Shown piece by piece: positions 38,768-49,851 of a stretch of 64,000 nt of DNA; position 1 is the stretch's first letter, and the number at the start of each line of letters is the position of its first letter. The notes beneath the pieces were generated by a model, which had not been told where the DNA came from, ran no database searches, and worked only from the letters and a program-made list of their open reading frames with translations. The translations under genes were made by a program, and so were the position numbers. The stretch is from Nitrosopumilus sp. (GTDB taxonomy: Archaea > Thermoproteota > Nitrososphaeria > Nitrososphaerales > Nitrosopumilaceae). The stretch covers positions 1,856,001-1,920,000 of the forward strand of contig OZ252243.1 in the NCBI GenBank assembly GCA_965249555.1, written 5' to 3'.

Positions 38768-40960
38768 ATGGTAAAATACAAGTCAACAGGTGAAGTTCTT
38801 AAAATTATCAAGAACAAAGACCAAATCCGTAATTTTGGTGTTATTGCTCACGTTGATCATGGTAAGACTACTATGAGTGATAGTCTCTTGGCATACTCTG
38901 GTATTATTGCTCCATCTGCTGCAGGTAAAGCTTTGGCAATGGACTTTGATAAAGAAGAGCAAGCAAGAGGAATTACAATTTATCAGGCAAATGTTACTTT
39001 ACACTTTACTCAAAAAGACAAAGAATATGTCATTAACATGATTGATACACCTGGACACGTAGACTTTAGTGGAAGGGTAATTCGTAGTCTTAGAGCAATT
39101 GATGGTGCAGTAGTAGTGTGTGATGCAGTAGAAGGCATTATGACTCAAACTGAGACTGTAACTAGGATGGCACTTGAAGAGAGAGTAAGGCCAGTTTTAT
39201 TTATCAACAAAGTTGATAGACTCATCAAAGAACTCAGGTTGACTCCTGAGAAGATGCAGCAGCAACTAGCAGAAGTTGTTTCAAACTTTAATCAACTAAT
39301 TGACACATATGCAGAACCTGAATACAAAGAAAAATGGAAAGTATCCATTCAAGATGCAAGCGTTACATTTGGTTCTGCAAAAGACAGATGGGCAATTAAT
39401 ATTGATTTAATGAAAGAGAAAGGACTTACATTCAAAGATGTTATTGATGCTTATCAAAATGAAAAAGTTTCAGACCTTGTAGAAAAGGCACCGCTAGCTG
39501 AGGCCATACTTGGAATGGTTGTAAAACATCATCCCTCACCACATGTTGCAGTAAAATATAGAATCCCACAAATCTGGAAAGGCGATTTAGATTCTGATGT
39601 TGGAAAGGCATTACTTGCTTGTAGTGATGATGGCCCAACAATTATGATGGTTGTAAATATGGTATTAGATCCTGCAGCAGGACCTGTTGCAATTGGTAGA
39701 TTATTTTCTGGTACAATCAAAGATGGACAAACCATTAACATAATTGATGAGAAAAGAGAAGGAAGAATTCAATCTGTAAACTTTTTCATGGGAAACCAAA
39801 GAGAACAAGTAGGCGAACTTGGAGCAGGAAACATTCCTGCATTATTAGGATTGAATGATTGTAGAGCAGGAAACACTCTATCTTCTGTCAAAGGCATTCA
39901 AATGTTTGAAGGAGTGAAATATGTTTCAGAACCTGTAGTTCAAATTGCAATTGAGCCTAAACATCCTAAAGATTTACCTAAACTAGTTGACTTTCTAAAA
40001 CAACTAACAATTGAAGACCCTAATCTTATCGTAAAAATTGATCAGGAAAGTGGTGAGACTATTATTGCAGGAATGGGTGTATTGCACCTTGATGTTGCTG
40101 TCCATCGTATACAAGATACCAAAATTGAGATTATAACCTCTGAGCCTCTAATTAACTATAGGGAGACTGTAAAGGGTCCATGCGAGCCAATCATGTCAAA
40201 GTCACCTAACAGACATAACAAGATCTTCATGAAAGTAGAACCATTAGAGCCAGAGATTGCAAACATGCTTCGAACTGGAGAAATCAGTGACATGAAAGAC
40301 AAAAAGTTTGTTGCAGACAAGCTAAAGGAGGCAGGATGGGATACTGATACAATTAAGAGAATAATGAAACTTGATTCACGTGGAAATGTTTTGATTAATG
40401 GAACAAAAGGTGTCCAGTTTGTTCAAGAATCGACTGATTCTATTAACACTGGTTTTGATGAAGTAATGAAAGAAGGTCCTCTTTGTAGAGAACAGATGAG
40501 GGATTGCAAGTTTATCTTTACTCACTTTGTTCCACACGAAGATACTGCTCATAGAGGTCTGTCTCAATTAGGTCCGGCTTCTCGTAGAGCATGTATGGGT
40601 GCATTAATGACTGCTGGTACTACTGTTTTAGAGCCAACTTTAGCTATTGAGGTTCGTGTTCCAACTGATTTGGTTGGAAATGTTGCAACTGTTCTTTCTG
40701 GTAAACGTGGTAAAGTACTTGACATGTCACAAAAAGGTGCATCAAGTATTGTAATAGGTGAGATTCCAGCTTCTGAAACATTCACTTTATCTGAAGCAAT
40801 GAGAGGTCAAACTGCAGGACGTGCAACATGGAATACATCATTTAAGGCATGGACTGAAGTTCCAAAATCATTGTTTCAAGAAGCAATATCTGATATTAGA
40901 AAGAGAAAAGGATTGGCTCCAGATCCGCCACGAATAACAGACTTTATCGACAAAGATTAA
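38768..40960 (+). CDS. fusA: Archaeal elongation factor 2
   Basis: AHVDHGKTT, RGITI, DTPGH, NKVD and the HEDTAHRG diphthamide loop. Confidence 0.98.
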   Translation: MVKYKSTGEVLKIIKNKDQIRNFGVIAHVDHGKTTMSDSLLAYSGIIAPSAAGKALAMDFDKEEQARGITIYQANVTLHFTQKDKEYVINMIDTPGHVDFSGRVIRSLRAIDGAVVVCDAVEGIMTQTETVTRMALEERVRPVLFINKVDRLIKELRLTPEKMQQQLAEVVSNFNQLIDTYAEPEYKEKWKVSIQDASVTFGSAKDRWAINIDLMKEKGLTFKDVIDAYQNEKVSDLVEKAPLAEAILGMVVKHHPSPHVAVKYRIPQIWKGDLDSDVGKALLACSDDGPTIMMVVNMVLDPAAGPVAIGRLFSGTIKDGQTINIIDEKREGRIQSVNFFMGNQREQVGELGAGNIPALLGLNDCRAGNTLSSVKGIQMFEGVKYVSEPVVQIAIEPKHPKDLPKLVDFLKQLTIEDPNLIVKIDQESGETIIAGMGVLHLDVAVHRIQDTKIEIITSEPLINYRETVKGPCEPIMSKSPNRHNKIFMKVEPLEPEIANMLRTGEISDMKDKKFVADKLKEAGWDTDTIKRIMKLDSRGNVLINGTKGVQFVQESTDSINTGFDEVMKEGPLCREQMRDCKFIFTHFVPHEDTAHRGLSQLGPASRRACMGALMTAGTTVLEPTLAIEVRVPTDLVGNVATVLSGKRGKVLDMSQKGASSIVIGEIPASETFTLSEAMRGQTAGRATWNTSFKAWTEVPKSLFQEAISDIRKRKGLAPDPPRITDFIDKD

Positions 40961-41318
40961 AAATAATTCATGGGATTTTGAGAATCTCTCATCTACTCCC
41001 ACGAAGTGTGTTAGGTGTTTTGTCTTGCAAAATTTGTATTTAATACTGATGAACGATTTCTCAGTCTTCGAAGAGGTTGTGCATAGCCAAATTTCTCTTA
41101 GATGTCAAATATTTGTACAATCAAAATATTACTCTAAACTTGATGTATACGATGAGAACTAGAAAATTCAATTAGATGCTAATCTTGCAGATCTTAACAT
41201 GATTTAGTTACTGTGTCCTTATCTCTGAGAAATTCTAGGCTAACTTCACTTCTCTTGTTTTTGAAATAGCGATACTGATTAATAGTTGACCTGTATATAA
41301 TAGGTCGACCTAGTTATA

Positions 41319-41897
41319 ATGAGTCAATACAAGCCTAATTTAGAAACGTATGAGCGTGAAAGGGTTGTACTGGAGAGTATCAAAACCAATCCAAATTTAC
41401 ATCATAATGCATTGCTCAAACTCATTGTACCAGAGTTTATGGCAAAAACAACATTTGAGAAGACAAGAGATTCTTTACTTGAAAAAGAAATCATCGTAGT
41501 ACAGACTAAAGGGAACATGAAGTTTTATCATCCTGCTGAAAACTATGAACAAAAATCACAACAACACATTGAACGTAACACAAACAACTCTTTTCATGAT
41601 TTGAAATTACAAATAAAAAAACTGGATGCCGATTATAGACATAAGGATGTAGATGAGAAGATAATTATTGCAAATTCCCTTCTAATAAATTTGTTAGAAA
41701 CAGACAATGGATTTACTATTTTGGATTCAACAAAAAATCCAAAAAAGACATTGTATAGAGATGAACATCTAACAATTCAGCAGCTAATCCATCAAATCTT
41801 TGAGATGATACGACACGACAGGGACTTTGAGATAATTTTTCCAACAATTGTAAGTTATTTGGAAATCATGATGCCAAAAGACTCATTGAATAAATAA
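41319..41897 (+). CDS. Hypothetical wHTH protein
   Basis: 192-aa ORF with N-terminal wHTH-like region. Confidence 0.65.
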   Translation: MSQYKPNLETYERERVVLESIKTNPNLHHNALLKLIVPEFMAKTTFEKTRDSLLEKEIIVVQTKGNMKFYHPAENYEQKSQQHIERNTNNSFHDLKLQIKKLDADYRHKDVDEKIIIANSLLINLLETDNGFTILDSTKNPKKTLYRDEHLTIQQLIHQIFEMIRHDRDFEIIFPTIVSYLEIMMPKDSLNK

Positions 41898-41941
41898 CAT
41901 TTCATCTAATTATTTATTCAGGTATATTTTATCACTAATTT

Positions 41942-42169
41942 ATGGGATTGCTATATACAAAATTTCATATGTACTTTGATGAAGAAGAGTGGAATCAAAT
42001 TTCAAACAATCCAATAGTTTTTCAAACAACCAAAAATGGTGTGACTTTAGAGATAGAGGACACATCACACAAATCATACAAACTACATTTCAAAGAAGGT
42101 GGAAAACTTGGGATGTTCAGAGTTACCGGACAATTTCGACTTATTTGGGATGATGAGGATATTCTCTAA
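41942..42169 (+). CDS. Hypothetical protein
   Basis: 75-aa ORF. Confidence 0.6.
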   Translation: MGLLYTKFHMYFDEEEWNQISNNPIVFQTTKNGVTLEIEDTSHKSYKLHFKEGGKLGMFRVTGQFRLIWDDEDIL

Positions 42170-42206
42170 TTTAACCAAATAATAATGGGATTTCTCAAAG
42201 AATTTT

Positions 42207-42437
42207 GTGTCTTTAGAAGATCGAATTAAACAGACTTTGAATGATTTTGATAACACTTCAACAGAGACAATTTTTGAAATTCTAAATCAGATAAAACCTC
42301 AATTCAAAAGTGAATTAATCTCAGAATACCTTCAAGGAAAAATCCAAAAAATTTCAGAGGTAAATGATGAGGCTGAAAAGAAGAAACAGTGTAAGGCATT
42401 AACCCCGTATTTTGACTGGTATCTGCAAGGCTTGTAA
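42207..42437 (+). CDS. Hypothetical protein
   Basis: 76-aa ORF. Confidence 0.6.
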   Translation: MSLEDRIKQTLNDFDNTSTETIFEILNQIKPQFKSELISEYLQGKIQKISEVNDEAEKKKQCKALTPYFDWYLQGL

Positions 42438-42439
42438 AA

Positions 42440-42865
42440 TTATCCTAAATATTGCTTTATTTTATCTAGTGCTATTTTGATGGTCTCTAGATCCTCTCTT
42501 GCTTTTAGCATATCTCCAACTAGTTTTACAAAATATTCCTGTCCTGTATCTTCTGCTTTGTGAATATCTGCCTCATAGCACGCCAATGCTTTCTCTAGAA
42601 ATGGGACATCATTACTTAACTTACTGGTTGATTGAATGTCCACAAGATTGTCTTGAATCTTTTGAATCACTTCATCAATTTTTGGGATTGTTTTCATTGC
42701 TTGTTGATTCAAAATTGATCCAAACATCCCCGCAGCATCTTTTAGTTCTGGGCTCTTACCTATAGTTTTTAATCGATTTTTGTAATGTCTTAAAGATTTT
42801 AGAATTATCTCATACCCTCCCTCATCTTTAAGATAAATTGCACCAATCCATATTTTCTCAGACAT
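42440..42865 (-). CDS. Hypothetical protein
   Basis: 141-aa helical ORF. Confidence 0.65.
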   Translation of the reverse strand: MSEKIWIGAIYLKDEGGYEIILKSLRHYKNRLKTIGKSPELKDAAGMFGSILNQQAMKTIPKIDEVIQKIQDNLVDIQSTSKLSNDVPFLEKALACYEADIHKAEDTGQEYFVKLVGDMLKAREDLETIKIALDKIKQYLG

Positions 42866-42932
42866 TTCTCAATGTTGGTTTGTTTTATTATAATAATTTA
42901 GTTTCCTATTTTGATACTAGTATGATTTCTAC

Positions 42933-43160
42933 TTGGTGCTAATATGCCAAAAAAACATATCATCATTATTGAATACTAAAAATAAATTTGGAATGATGAA
43001 ACTTGTAGCAAAATGTCCTAACTGTTATGCTGATTCTTTGTACTGTGGGAAAATTCCAACTTCAATCAAAACCTTGGCACATAAAGAGGTCTTGTTTTGT
43101 AAGGACTGCAAGTTTGTAATTGCAGTAGATGAATACAAAAAAATGCTTTCACAAGCCTAG
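42933..43160 (+). CDS. Small zinc-ribbon protein
   Basis: CPNC...CKDC; start probably at MMKLVAK; similar in layout to 5963-6130. Confidence 0.6.
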   Translation: MVLICQKNISSLLNTKNKFGMMKLVAKCPNCYADSLYCGKIPTSIKTLAHKEVLFCKDCKFVIAVDEYKKMLSQA

Positions 43161-43381
43161 ACATCAGAACTTTCTTTTATTGTTGGCTCGTTCTTATTGA
43201 TTAGATATAGCAAAATTCCTGCTAGAGTGACACCCATTCCACTAATACCTACAAACGTGCCTATATTCTTGATAAATCTCAAAACAGGATCTGTTTGACC
43301 TAATTCTATAGAGTAAAACAACACTAGTCCAACAGAAAACATGCTTATCCCTATAATGACAACTGGTATCCCTGTTTTCAT
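43157..43381 (-). CDS. Two-TM membrane protein
   Basis: Hydrophobic helices. Confidence 0.65.
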   Translation of the reverse strand: MKTGIPVVIIGISMFSVGLVLFYSIELGQTDPVLRFIKNIGTFVGISGMGVTLAGILLYLINKNEPTIKESSDV

Positions 43382-43424
43382 GTCTCAATTCATTTTTTCT
43401 GATTAATAAATAACAAGAACAAAA

Positions 43425-44291
43425 ATGTGTGTCTTTATGAACACAGTAAACCCTTTTAATTCAATCATCGTCAGTATCTCTGTGAGGCTATTCCTTACTC
43501 TTCTAACATCTGCAGTCTTGTTTATGATCCCATTTTCAACTAATGCATTTGCACAATCTAGTTATGATGTAAATATTCCAACTGGTGCAGCCGATGAATC
43601 TGCTCCCTTTTTCTGGCAAAGTGAAAAAGACGGTTCAACTACAGGTGTGGTTGAAATTCTAATTGGAGATACAATTGTTTGGAAAAATGCAGATACTTCA
43701 TTTCATACAGTAACTTCTGGTTCTGAAACAGATGGATTTGATGGCATTTTTGATAGTAAAGAATTTGCACCTGGAAAATCATTTACTTACAAATTTTCAG
43801 ATACAGGTCATTATCCATATTATTGTACATTACATCCATGGATGGATGGTACGATAATTGTTACAGCTGGATATTCTATTATTCCAAATGTTGGTAAACA
43901 AGTAGGTGATGGTACTGCATTCTTTGATGTAGAGTATGACTTTAACCGCTTGCTATCTACTGCAACAATTGATGAGGAACAAAAATCAGTCACTTTTGAG
44001 ATAATCGGTGATGCAAAATCTGATAATCATGATTTAGAACTTCGTCTGCATTCTGGGTTGGTTGATGGTCCCTTTGTAATATGGATAGATGGTGAAAAGA
44101 TTTCAGATTTTGAGAATACTAGGGAAGGCGATCTCAATGTGTTGTTTGTACCATTGAATGCTGATTCAAAAATTTTAACCATTATTGGGACCTCTATAGT
44201 TCCTGAATTTGGTACAATGACTATGGTCATTCTTGGGGTGTCTATTGTGTCCATGATAGTTTTGAATCAGAGATTTAAACTAAAAATCTGA
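43425..44291 (+). CDS. Plastocyanin/cupredoxin-domain protein with PEFG-CTERM sorting signal
   Basis: WKNAD..HTVTSG, YYCTLHPWM and VPEFG+TM motifs. Confidence 0.9.
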   Translation: MCVFMNTVNPFNSIIVSISVRLFLTLLTSAVLFMIPFSTNAFAQSSYDVNIPTGAADESAPFFWQSEKDGSTTGVVEILIGDTIVWKNADTSFHTVTSGSETDGFDGIFDSKEFAPGKSFTYKFSDTGHYPYYCTLHPWMDGTIIVTAGYSIIPNVGKQVGDGTAFFDVEYDFNRLLSTATIDEEQKSVTFEIIGDAKSDNHDLELRLHSGLVDGPFVIWIDGEKISDFENTREGDLNVLFVPLNADSKILTIIGTSIVPEFGTMTMVILGVSIVSMIVLNQRFKLKI

Positions 44292-44973
44292 TTTTATTGA
44301 AAAATCTTATCTTAAAAAATAATTCTATATAGTAATTATATAGAATAGGTGTATAATGGGCACTGTTAACTTTTAGGAATATCTCCAAATTGCTGTAAAA
44401 CTATTTGAATTATCTCACCTTCGAAATATTGATGCGCACGATAAGGAATTAAAAAACTTGGAAAAACAGAAAATTAGAATTTATTTTCATGATCTTGATT
44501 ACCAGATAAAGCGTTATTGTGAAAAAATTAGATAATTTATAGTATCAGTAGATGGAAAGGTCTCATCTTTTGCATTCCAAATGATATTTTTCCATGTCTT
44601 TGAACATTCTACAATTACTATTCCAATAAAGCATTTGAGTAATTGGATAGTTAGAATTGGTTAGTTTTTGATCTAAATGGAGTTACTTTTCCATCTACCA
44701 GAGAGATGTTCTACAGTTTATTTCATTACACGACTTGATCATCAGATGAAAATCTGCACATTCTGAGTCTAATAGTGTATATTTCAAGCCTAGCAATCAC
44801 AAATTTAACAAAATAATTCATTGTAATACGAACAAGTTATTTATGTCAAAGATACATAAATGTATCATGATGTCTACTCAAAGCAAGGAAATCAAAGCAG
44901 TTCATATTACAGACTTTGGAGTGGACCCCACTAAATGAGAACACTTTTTGCATAATTTTACATACCATTACCC

Positions 44974-45798
44974 TCATTTATGTCTCATCTCCCATTTTTC
45001 CAGAAATTCATCTGGCGTGATGTATCCAAGTGCAGAGTGAATCCTGGAATCGTTGTAATCCTCAAATGCCTTGGTAATTCTTACTTGTGCTGATTGGAAA
45101 TTTTCAAACTCGTGTGGCCAGAGATATTCCTTCTTTAACGTTTTATGAAACGATTCAACATGACCATTTTGTTGTGGTGTATGGTGCCAGATGAATTCCT
45201 GTCTTGCACCCAAAAGCAGGATTGCTTCTTTGAACTTTCGGCTTACATATTGCGAACCATTGTCAGTTCGTATAATCAGTTTGGCACAATCCGGATTGGA
45301 AGTTGCAATTGCATGAATGATTGATTCTGTTGCAGCATCTTTGCTTGCAGTTACATCAAATATGTATGAAATCCATTTTCTGCTAAATGTATCTATGACA
45401 TTAAAGCAGTAACACCAACCATCAACTCCACACCAGACATATGTCATATCTGTCTGCCACAACTGGTTTGGCGCAGTCGGTTTGAAAAGTTTCTTTTTGG
45501 ATGCCATGATGTCTTTTTTGGTCTTTGCAGGTGCAATCCAGCCTAGCTTGTGGAATATCCTGCGAATCTGCTTTCTGTTTACGGGCAATCCAAGCTCCCT
45601 TGCCGTGGCTGCAGCCATCCTACGGGTTCCATATGTTGGCCTGGCATTTCCAATCTTTTGTACCATTTGGGATACGGTCTTGTTTAGCGGAATGTTTCGG
45701 GGTGATTTTGTATGGTACCATTTGTTGTACGATATCCCGACGTATGATAATGATTTTCTCAGACTCAATTTTGCAGTGAGTTGCTTTGCAATGATCAT
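44974..45798 (-). CDS. IS3 transposase OrfB
   Basis: Protein identical to 3150-3974. Confidence 0.95.
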   Translation of the reverse strand: MIIAKQLTAKLSLRKSLSYVGISYNKWYHTKSPRNIPLNKTVSQMVQKIGNARPTYGTRRMAAATARELGLPVNRKQIRRIFHKLGWIAPAKTKKDIMASKKKLFKPTAPNQLWQTDMTYVWCGVDGWCYCFNVIDTFSRKWISYIFDVTASKDAATESIIHAIATSNPDCAKLIIRTDNGSQYVSRKFKEAILLLGARQEFIWHHTPQQNGHVESFHKTLKKEYLWPHEFENFQSAQVRITKAFEDYNDSRIHSALGYITPDEFLEKWEMRHK

Positions 45799-46085
45799 CT
45801 TTTGTGTCCCTCCAACGTTTTTTTAAAAGTGTCATTGACGATGGTCAGCTCACCTACGATTCTTTTTAGAGTCTCATTTTCTTTTTGTAATGTCTTGCAT
45901 GTATTGTCACCAGATCTTCTGTTTAATGCGGATTTACCTCCATCCACAAACTTTTCTTTCCAAGAGTAGAATGTCTGCGGATGAATGTTGTGCTTTCTGC
46001 ACAGTTCTGCAGTTCCAATGTTGGTGTTTAATGATTCAAGGATTATCCTTGATTTTTCTGCAGGTGTGAATTTGCTCCTTACCAT
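45795..46085 (-). CDS. IS3 transposase OrfA
   Basis: Protein identical to 2863-3153. Confidence 0.9.
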   Translation of the reverse strand: MVRSKFTPAEKSRIILESLNTNIGTAELCRKHNIHPQTFYSWKEKFVDGGKSALNRRSGDNTCKTLQKENETLKRIVGELTIVNDTFKKTLEGHKR

Positions 46086-46437
46086 GGGCGTAAACCTCCT
46101 AGATCCCCTGAAAAGTGTATGTATGCAGGCGTTCTCATTCTAGAGGGGACCAGACCAACTTGGATAATCTATTAAAAAAATATGATCAATTGCAGGATTT
46201 CAGTATCGGTAATATAAAATGTCATATATGCTCGGATGAGGTATCATCCACAAATGTTGGAAGTATGAAATTGGTCAATGAAAAATTTGTGTTTACCTGC
46301 AACAAAATATCTTGTTATGATCAAATAATTAAAAATATTCAGTAACAGTGGAGTTATTCAATTAACATCAAAGATACGACAATCTCTTTTTGTAACAATT
46401 AACCCTTTTCCAAATAATCTCAAAAATAAAGAAACAA

Positions 46438-47055
46438 TCATTTGAGTTTTATCGTAATCTCTTCTCCATTCCCTATAGGGGATGTTATGGTGTGGAGTTT
46501 TGGATTATCTTTGAGATAATCTGAAAATTTTTTCATATCTTGTCTGAACTGTTCAGGATATAGCATATTATCTGTAACAATCACCCCTCCAATTGAAACC
46601 ATTGGAAAAATTAAATCAAAATATTCTATGACATTCTCCTTGTCTGCATCAATTAAAACAAAATCAAAAAAATCCTTGTATTTTTGCTGTAAACTCAATT
46701 CTGTAAGTATTTGCATTGCTAATCCTTCCTTTATGATTACTGTATCCATAACTCCTGCTTTCTGAAAGTTCTCTTTTGCTCTTTTGATTTTACTTGGATT
46801 TTGCTCAATTGTGATAATTTTACCTGATTGCGCTGCAATGACTTCTGCACACCATATTGTTGAATATCCTGTTGACATGCCTACCTCGAGCATATTTTTT
46901 GCATTTTTTAGACGTAAAATCATGTTGAGTAGTTCTCCTGTCTCTTTTGTTATGGCAAGCATTCTGTCTTCATGTGGAACATCTTTTTTTCTTGATTTCT
47001 CTAATGTTGACTGTATCTCTAATTCATCCAGTACCTTGGCGATTGAATCCATCAT
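46438..47055 (-). CDS. Class I SAM-dependent O-methyltransferase
   Basis: LEVGMSTGYS, FDFVLIDADK and GGVIVTDN motifs. Confidence 0.9.
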   Translation of the reverse strand: MMDSIAKVLDELEIQSTLEKSRKKDVPHEDRMLAITKETGELLNMILRLKNAKNMLEVGMSTGYSTIWCAEVIAAQSGKIITIEQNPSKIKRAKENFQKAGVMDTVIIKEGLAMQILTELSLQQKYKDFFDFVLIDADKENVIEYFDLIFPMVSIGGVIVTDNMLYPEQFRQDMKKFSDYLKDNPKLHTITSPIGNGEEITIKLK

Positions 47056-47158
47056 GTGATTTCTGTATTTTTAAAATAATTTAACCATAACTTTGATCTT
47101 ATAGACATTTGAAATGCTTTCAATAGCTTATATTTAGTAAAGAAATTTTTGATTTAGA

Positions 47159-47539
47159 ATGATAGCCAAGAATAAAGTTGATTTGCTTGAGATTGTTCAG
47201 AAAATCCTCGATCTGGATCCCAAAATGAGATTTGCAGCAATAATTGATCCAAAAGGTAACATTCGAGAGGCAATTATGAAGGCAGGAAAAACAAGTCTTG
47301 AATCTCAAAAAGAAGAAGAGCATTTCTGTAAACAAGTTGCTCAAAGAAGAGCAATGAGAAAAGAATTTGATAGAACTCTTGGCAAAGTAAGGTATGTCCA
47401 TGTTGAACGAGAAAAAGTATCTCAAATGGTAATTTACACAAAAAGAAACATTGTCTACTTTGCAATGGAACCTGAGATGCCAATTAACACAAAAATTCGA
47501 TTAATTACAAAAATAAAGAAAATCACTATTTCTATCTAG
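47159..47539 (+). CDS. Thaumarchaeal roadblock-like (DUF6659-type) protein
   Basis: MRFAAIID..G...FDRTLGKVRY...REKV. Confidence 0.75.
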   Translation: MIAKNKVDLLEIVQKILDLDPKMRFAAIIDPKGNIREAIMKAGKTSLESQKEEEHFCKQVAQRRAMRKEFDRTLGKVRYVHVEREKVSQMVIYTKRNIVYFAMEPEMPINTKIRLITKIKKITISI

Positions 47540-47604
47540 AAAAAATTTAGATAACACAGTTTTTTTCTGAACATTATGACATTTCATAAATATCTTGGAG
47601 ACAG

Positions 47605-47925
47605 ATGTTTGAGTATGATAAACACTATCGACAATGTCAGCAACTAAACAAGCCGTTTATCAAAGCAAGACCAAGTCCTAAACATGGAAGTTATTATGTT
47701 CAGATTGATTTGATGACATGTGACTATGAACTATCCACACAAGAACAAGAAGAAATCAAAAAATTAGTTCATGATGAAATAAAGTTTGTAAAGCCCAATT
47801 CAAAGCCTGATTTTCAGGATTTTAATATTGATAAAGAACTTGCTTGGTCTGATGGTATGTCTGCTGAACACATGGATGAATTTTGTAACAGTCTATATGA
47901 TTTGACGCAAAAGTATCACAACTAA
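47605..47925 (+). CDS. Hypothetical protein
   Basis: 106-aa ORF. Confidence 0.6.
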   Translation: MFEYDKHYRQCQQLNKPFIKARPSPKHGSYYVQIDLMTCDYELSTQEQEEIKKLVHDEIKFVKPNSKPDFQDFNIDKELAWSDGMSAEHMDEFCNSLYDLTQKYHN

Positions 47926-48134
47926 AACCTAATCAGGTTTTTTAGAATTTTATCTATTACTTGTAGTTCTTCTTTTCTTTCTTTAATAGTGGCCTCGTTC
48001 CATTTTTTTGCAAATTCTGATTGCTTGTCCATCTTTTCTAATTCTTGAATGTATTTTATCAAGTGTATTTTATAATCTTGAAGTAGATCAAGGTGTTTGT
48101 TGTGATTTTTCTCACTTGGTGTTGTCATCCCATT
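47922..48134 (-). CDS. Small helical hypothetical protein
   Basis: Likely start at MTTPSEK; start coordinate approximate. Confidence 0.5.
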   Translation of the reverse strand, partial: NGMTTPSEKNHNKHLDLLQDYKIHLIKYIQELEKMDKQSEFAKKWNEATIKERKEELQVIDKILKNLIRF

Positions 48135-48345
48135 CCTCTTTTGTGATTTCTGGAAACATTTCTCTAATTCTTTTTCTATCTTTTTCAACTGCATCAATTC
48201 TTTCATCAAGATGATTTTTCATTGTAGGGTCTACCCCCAAATTTACTTCTTTTTGGATATCTGAGATCACTTTGGTTAATGATTTGTAATATGAAATGTG
48301 ATTTTTCTTTGATTCTTCTGATCTGTCTTCTTCTTTCTCATCCAT
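48112..48345 (-). CDS. Small helical hypothetical protein
   Basis: ...RIREMFPE motif, similar to 54275-54472. Confidence 0.6.
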   Translation of the reverse strand: MDEKEEDRSEESKKNHISYYKSLTKVISDIQKEVNLGVDPTMKNHLDERIDAVEKDRKRIREMFPEITKEEWDDNTK

Positions 48346-48431
48346 TAGAAATTAATGATTTATTGAAAATAAGTACTTGTTCATTTGATATGTTGGTTTA
48401 CACTAATATTGAAATAAAATCATGAAATGAT

Positions 48432-48704
48432 ATGAAAATTCTAGTTGATGAAAATCTAGATGGTGTGGATGAACGGCTTAAAGAACAAGGTTATGATGCT
48501 TATAGTGTACGAAAACTACAAATCACAGGAAAAAAACTTGGTTCTGATTATTCTATAATTAATTATGCTCGTGAAAATAATATGATTATAGTCACAAAAG
48601 ATACCGAATTTCGTAAAGCAAGTGAAGAAAATTACTTTCCACTAATTCTTATTGATGATGAAGAAATTTTCAAGGTAATTGTTGAGAAATTAAAAAAGTT
48701 CTAA
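48432..48704 (+). CDS. DUF5615/Mut7-C-like PIN-domain protein
   Basis: MKILVDENL...SD..I...A...IIVTKDTEF. Confidence 0.85.
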   Translation: MKILVDENLDGVDERLKEQGYDAYSVRKLQITGKKLGSDYSIINYARENNMIIVTKDTEFRKASEENYFPLILIDDEEIFKVIVEKLKKF

Positions 48705-49267
48705 TTTACATTCTTTGAATCAAATTGCAGTATTCTCAGGTTTGCCAGAACCTCATTTAGAAAATTATCTTCTGGTTGGTGTGCAATAGTATTCATGATT
48801 GTTTCCCAGCAATCATTAATCTTCCTGTTAATCTGTGAAAACATTTTGTCTTTTTTGAATGCAGGGTAATAAGACAACAGTTTCATCACTCCATCCGTTG
48901 ACTGTACTATGTGTATGCTATGAATGACTGATCTCAATCTTTCATGAATGGAATATTTTTTTTCCTTACTAGTAACATCAAAATTAACAATTTCATCAAA
49001 AATAATGTTAATTTCTTTGTGGAGATTTTTGAGTTGTTTATTTACTGATTCCGATAAATTGATCAATTCATATTCTATGTGGGATCTGCTGTGAACTTTC
49101 TTTTCTACCTCGCCTGCTTCAACTAATGCACTGATTTCTCTGTAAACAATTTTCTCATTACCTACTTTTTTGATGACTCTTTTTGCAAGTTCAGTCCCGC
49201 GAATTTTTCCATTTTCGTTGAGAATTCTAATAATCTCAGTTCGGATGATTTCTAAATTTTTATTCAT
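48701..49267 (-). CDS. Hypothetical wHTH protein
   Basis: N-terminal wHTH. Confidence 0.65.
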   Translation of the reverse strand: MNKNLEIIRTEIIRILNENGKIRGTELAKRVIKKVGNEKIVYREISALVEAGEVEKKVHSRSHIEYELINLSESVNKQLKNLHKEINIIFDEIVNFDVTSKEKKYSIHERLRSVIHSIHIVQSTDGVMKLLSYYPAFKKDKMFSQINRKINDCWETIMNTIAHQPEDNFLNEVLANLRILQFDSKNVN

Positions 49268-49283
49268 TATATTCTCCTAGAAA

Positions 49284-49517
49284 TTATTTTTTATATTTCT
49301 CTAGTACTGCTTTTTCTCCATTCCCATTAATCTCTTTTACTAATTCTTCTAAAATTTTTATCCCTTTTCTAATTGGTTCTTTTTCTAAATTTTTGTATTC
49401 TAGTTTTTGTTTGAGAACTAGTTTTTCATTGTTAACAAAACTCAGTAAGCTTACATTTTTCCCCATGTTAAGATTAATGAAAAAATCCACATATTCTAAG
49501 GTTGACTGTATTCCCAT
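49284..49517 (-). CDS. Hypothetical protein
   Basis: 77-aa ORF. Confidence 0.55.
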   Translation of the reverse strand: MGIQSTLEYVDFFINLNMGKNVSLLSFVNNEKLVLKQKLEYKNLEKEPIRKGIKILEELVKEINGNGEKAVLEKYKK

Positions 49518-49590
49518 TATTTCTAATTTTTTCTTCTAGTATTTGTTTGGAACCCCTACAAACTAGGTTTATTTACAATCCTGATTCTAT

Positions 49591-49851
49591 TTGATTATGG
49601 ATAGTTGTGATAGACGTATCCGTGCTTACAAAAACGGCAAAACATTTGATCAATGTAGAGATATTGCAGAATCTATGAATCCCGATTTTAAAAAACAAAT
49701 TGAAGATAACGGAAAAGTTCTATGGACTGAAATATTGGAGCAAGTCAACCATGATGAATTGATTTACAAGTTTACTCTGAAATTTCTAAGACGTGATGGT
49801 TATGATATAGGAAATCACAAGATCCCCGAAGTCAAAAAATCTACTTTGTAG
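49591..49851 (+). CDS. Hypothetical protein
   Basis: 86-aa ORF. Confidence 0.6.
   Translation: MIMDSCDRRIRAYKNGKTFDQCRDIAESMNPDFKKQIEDNGKVLWTEILEQVNHDELIYKFTLKFLRRDGYDIGNHKIPEVKKSTL

Larger units (their letters stand above)
44917..46157 (-). mobile_element. IS3-family element, copy 3
   Basis: Same TIRs; TSD ACTT (44913-44916 / 46158-46161); proteins identical to copy 1. Confidence 0.95.
44867..46345 (+). pseudogene. Small zinc-binding protein gene split by IS3 copy 3
   Basis: MMSTQSKEIKAVHITD|LDNLLKKY...CHICSDE...CNKISC rejoins in frame across the ACTT TSD. Confidence 0.8.

Noticed and set aside
46115-46345. 76-aa ORF as an intact gene
   Set aside because: Its N-terminus derives from the IS3 end; it is the 3' part of a split gene.
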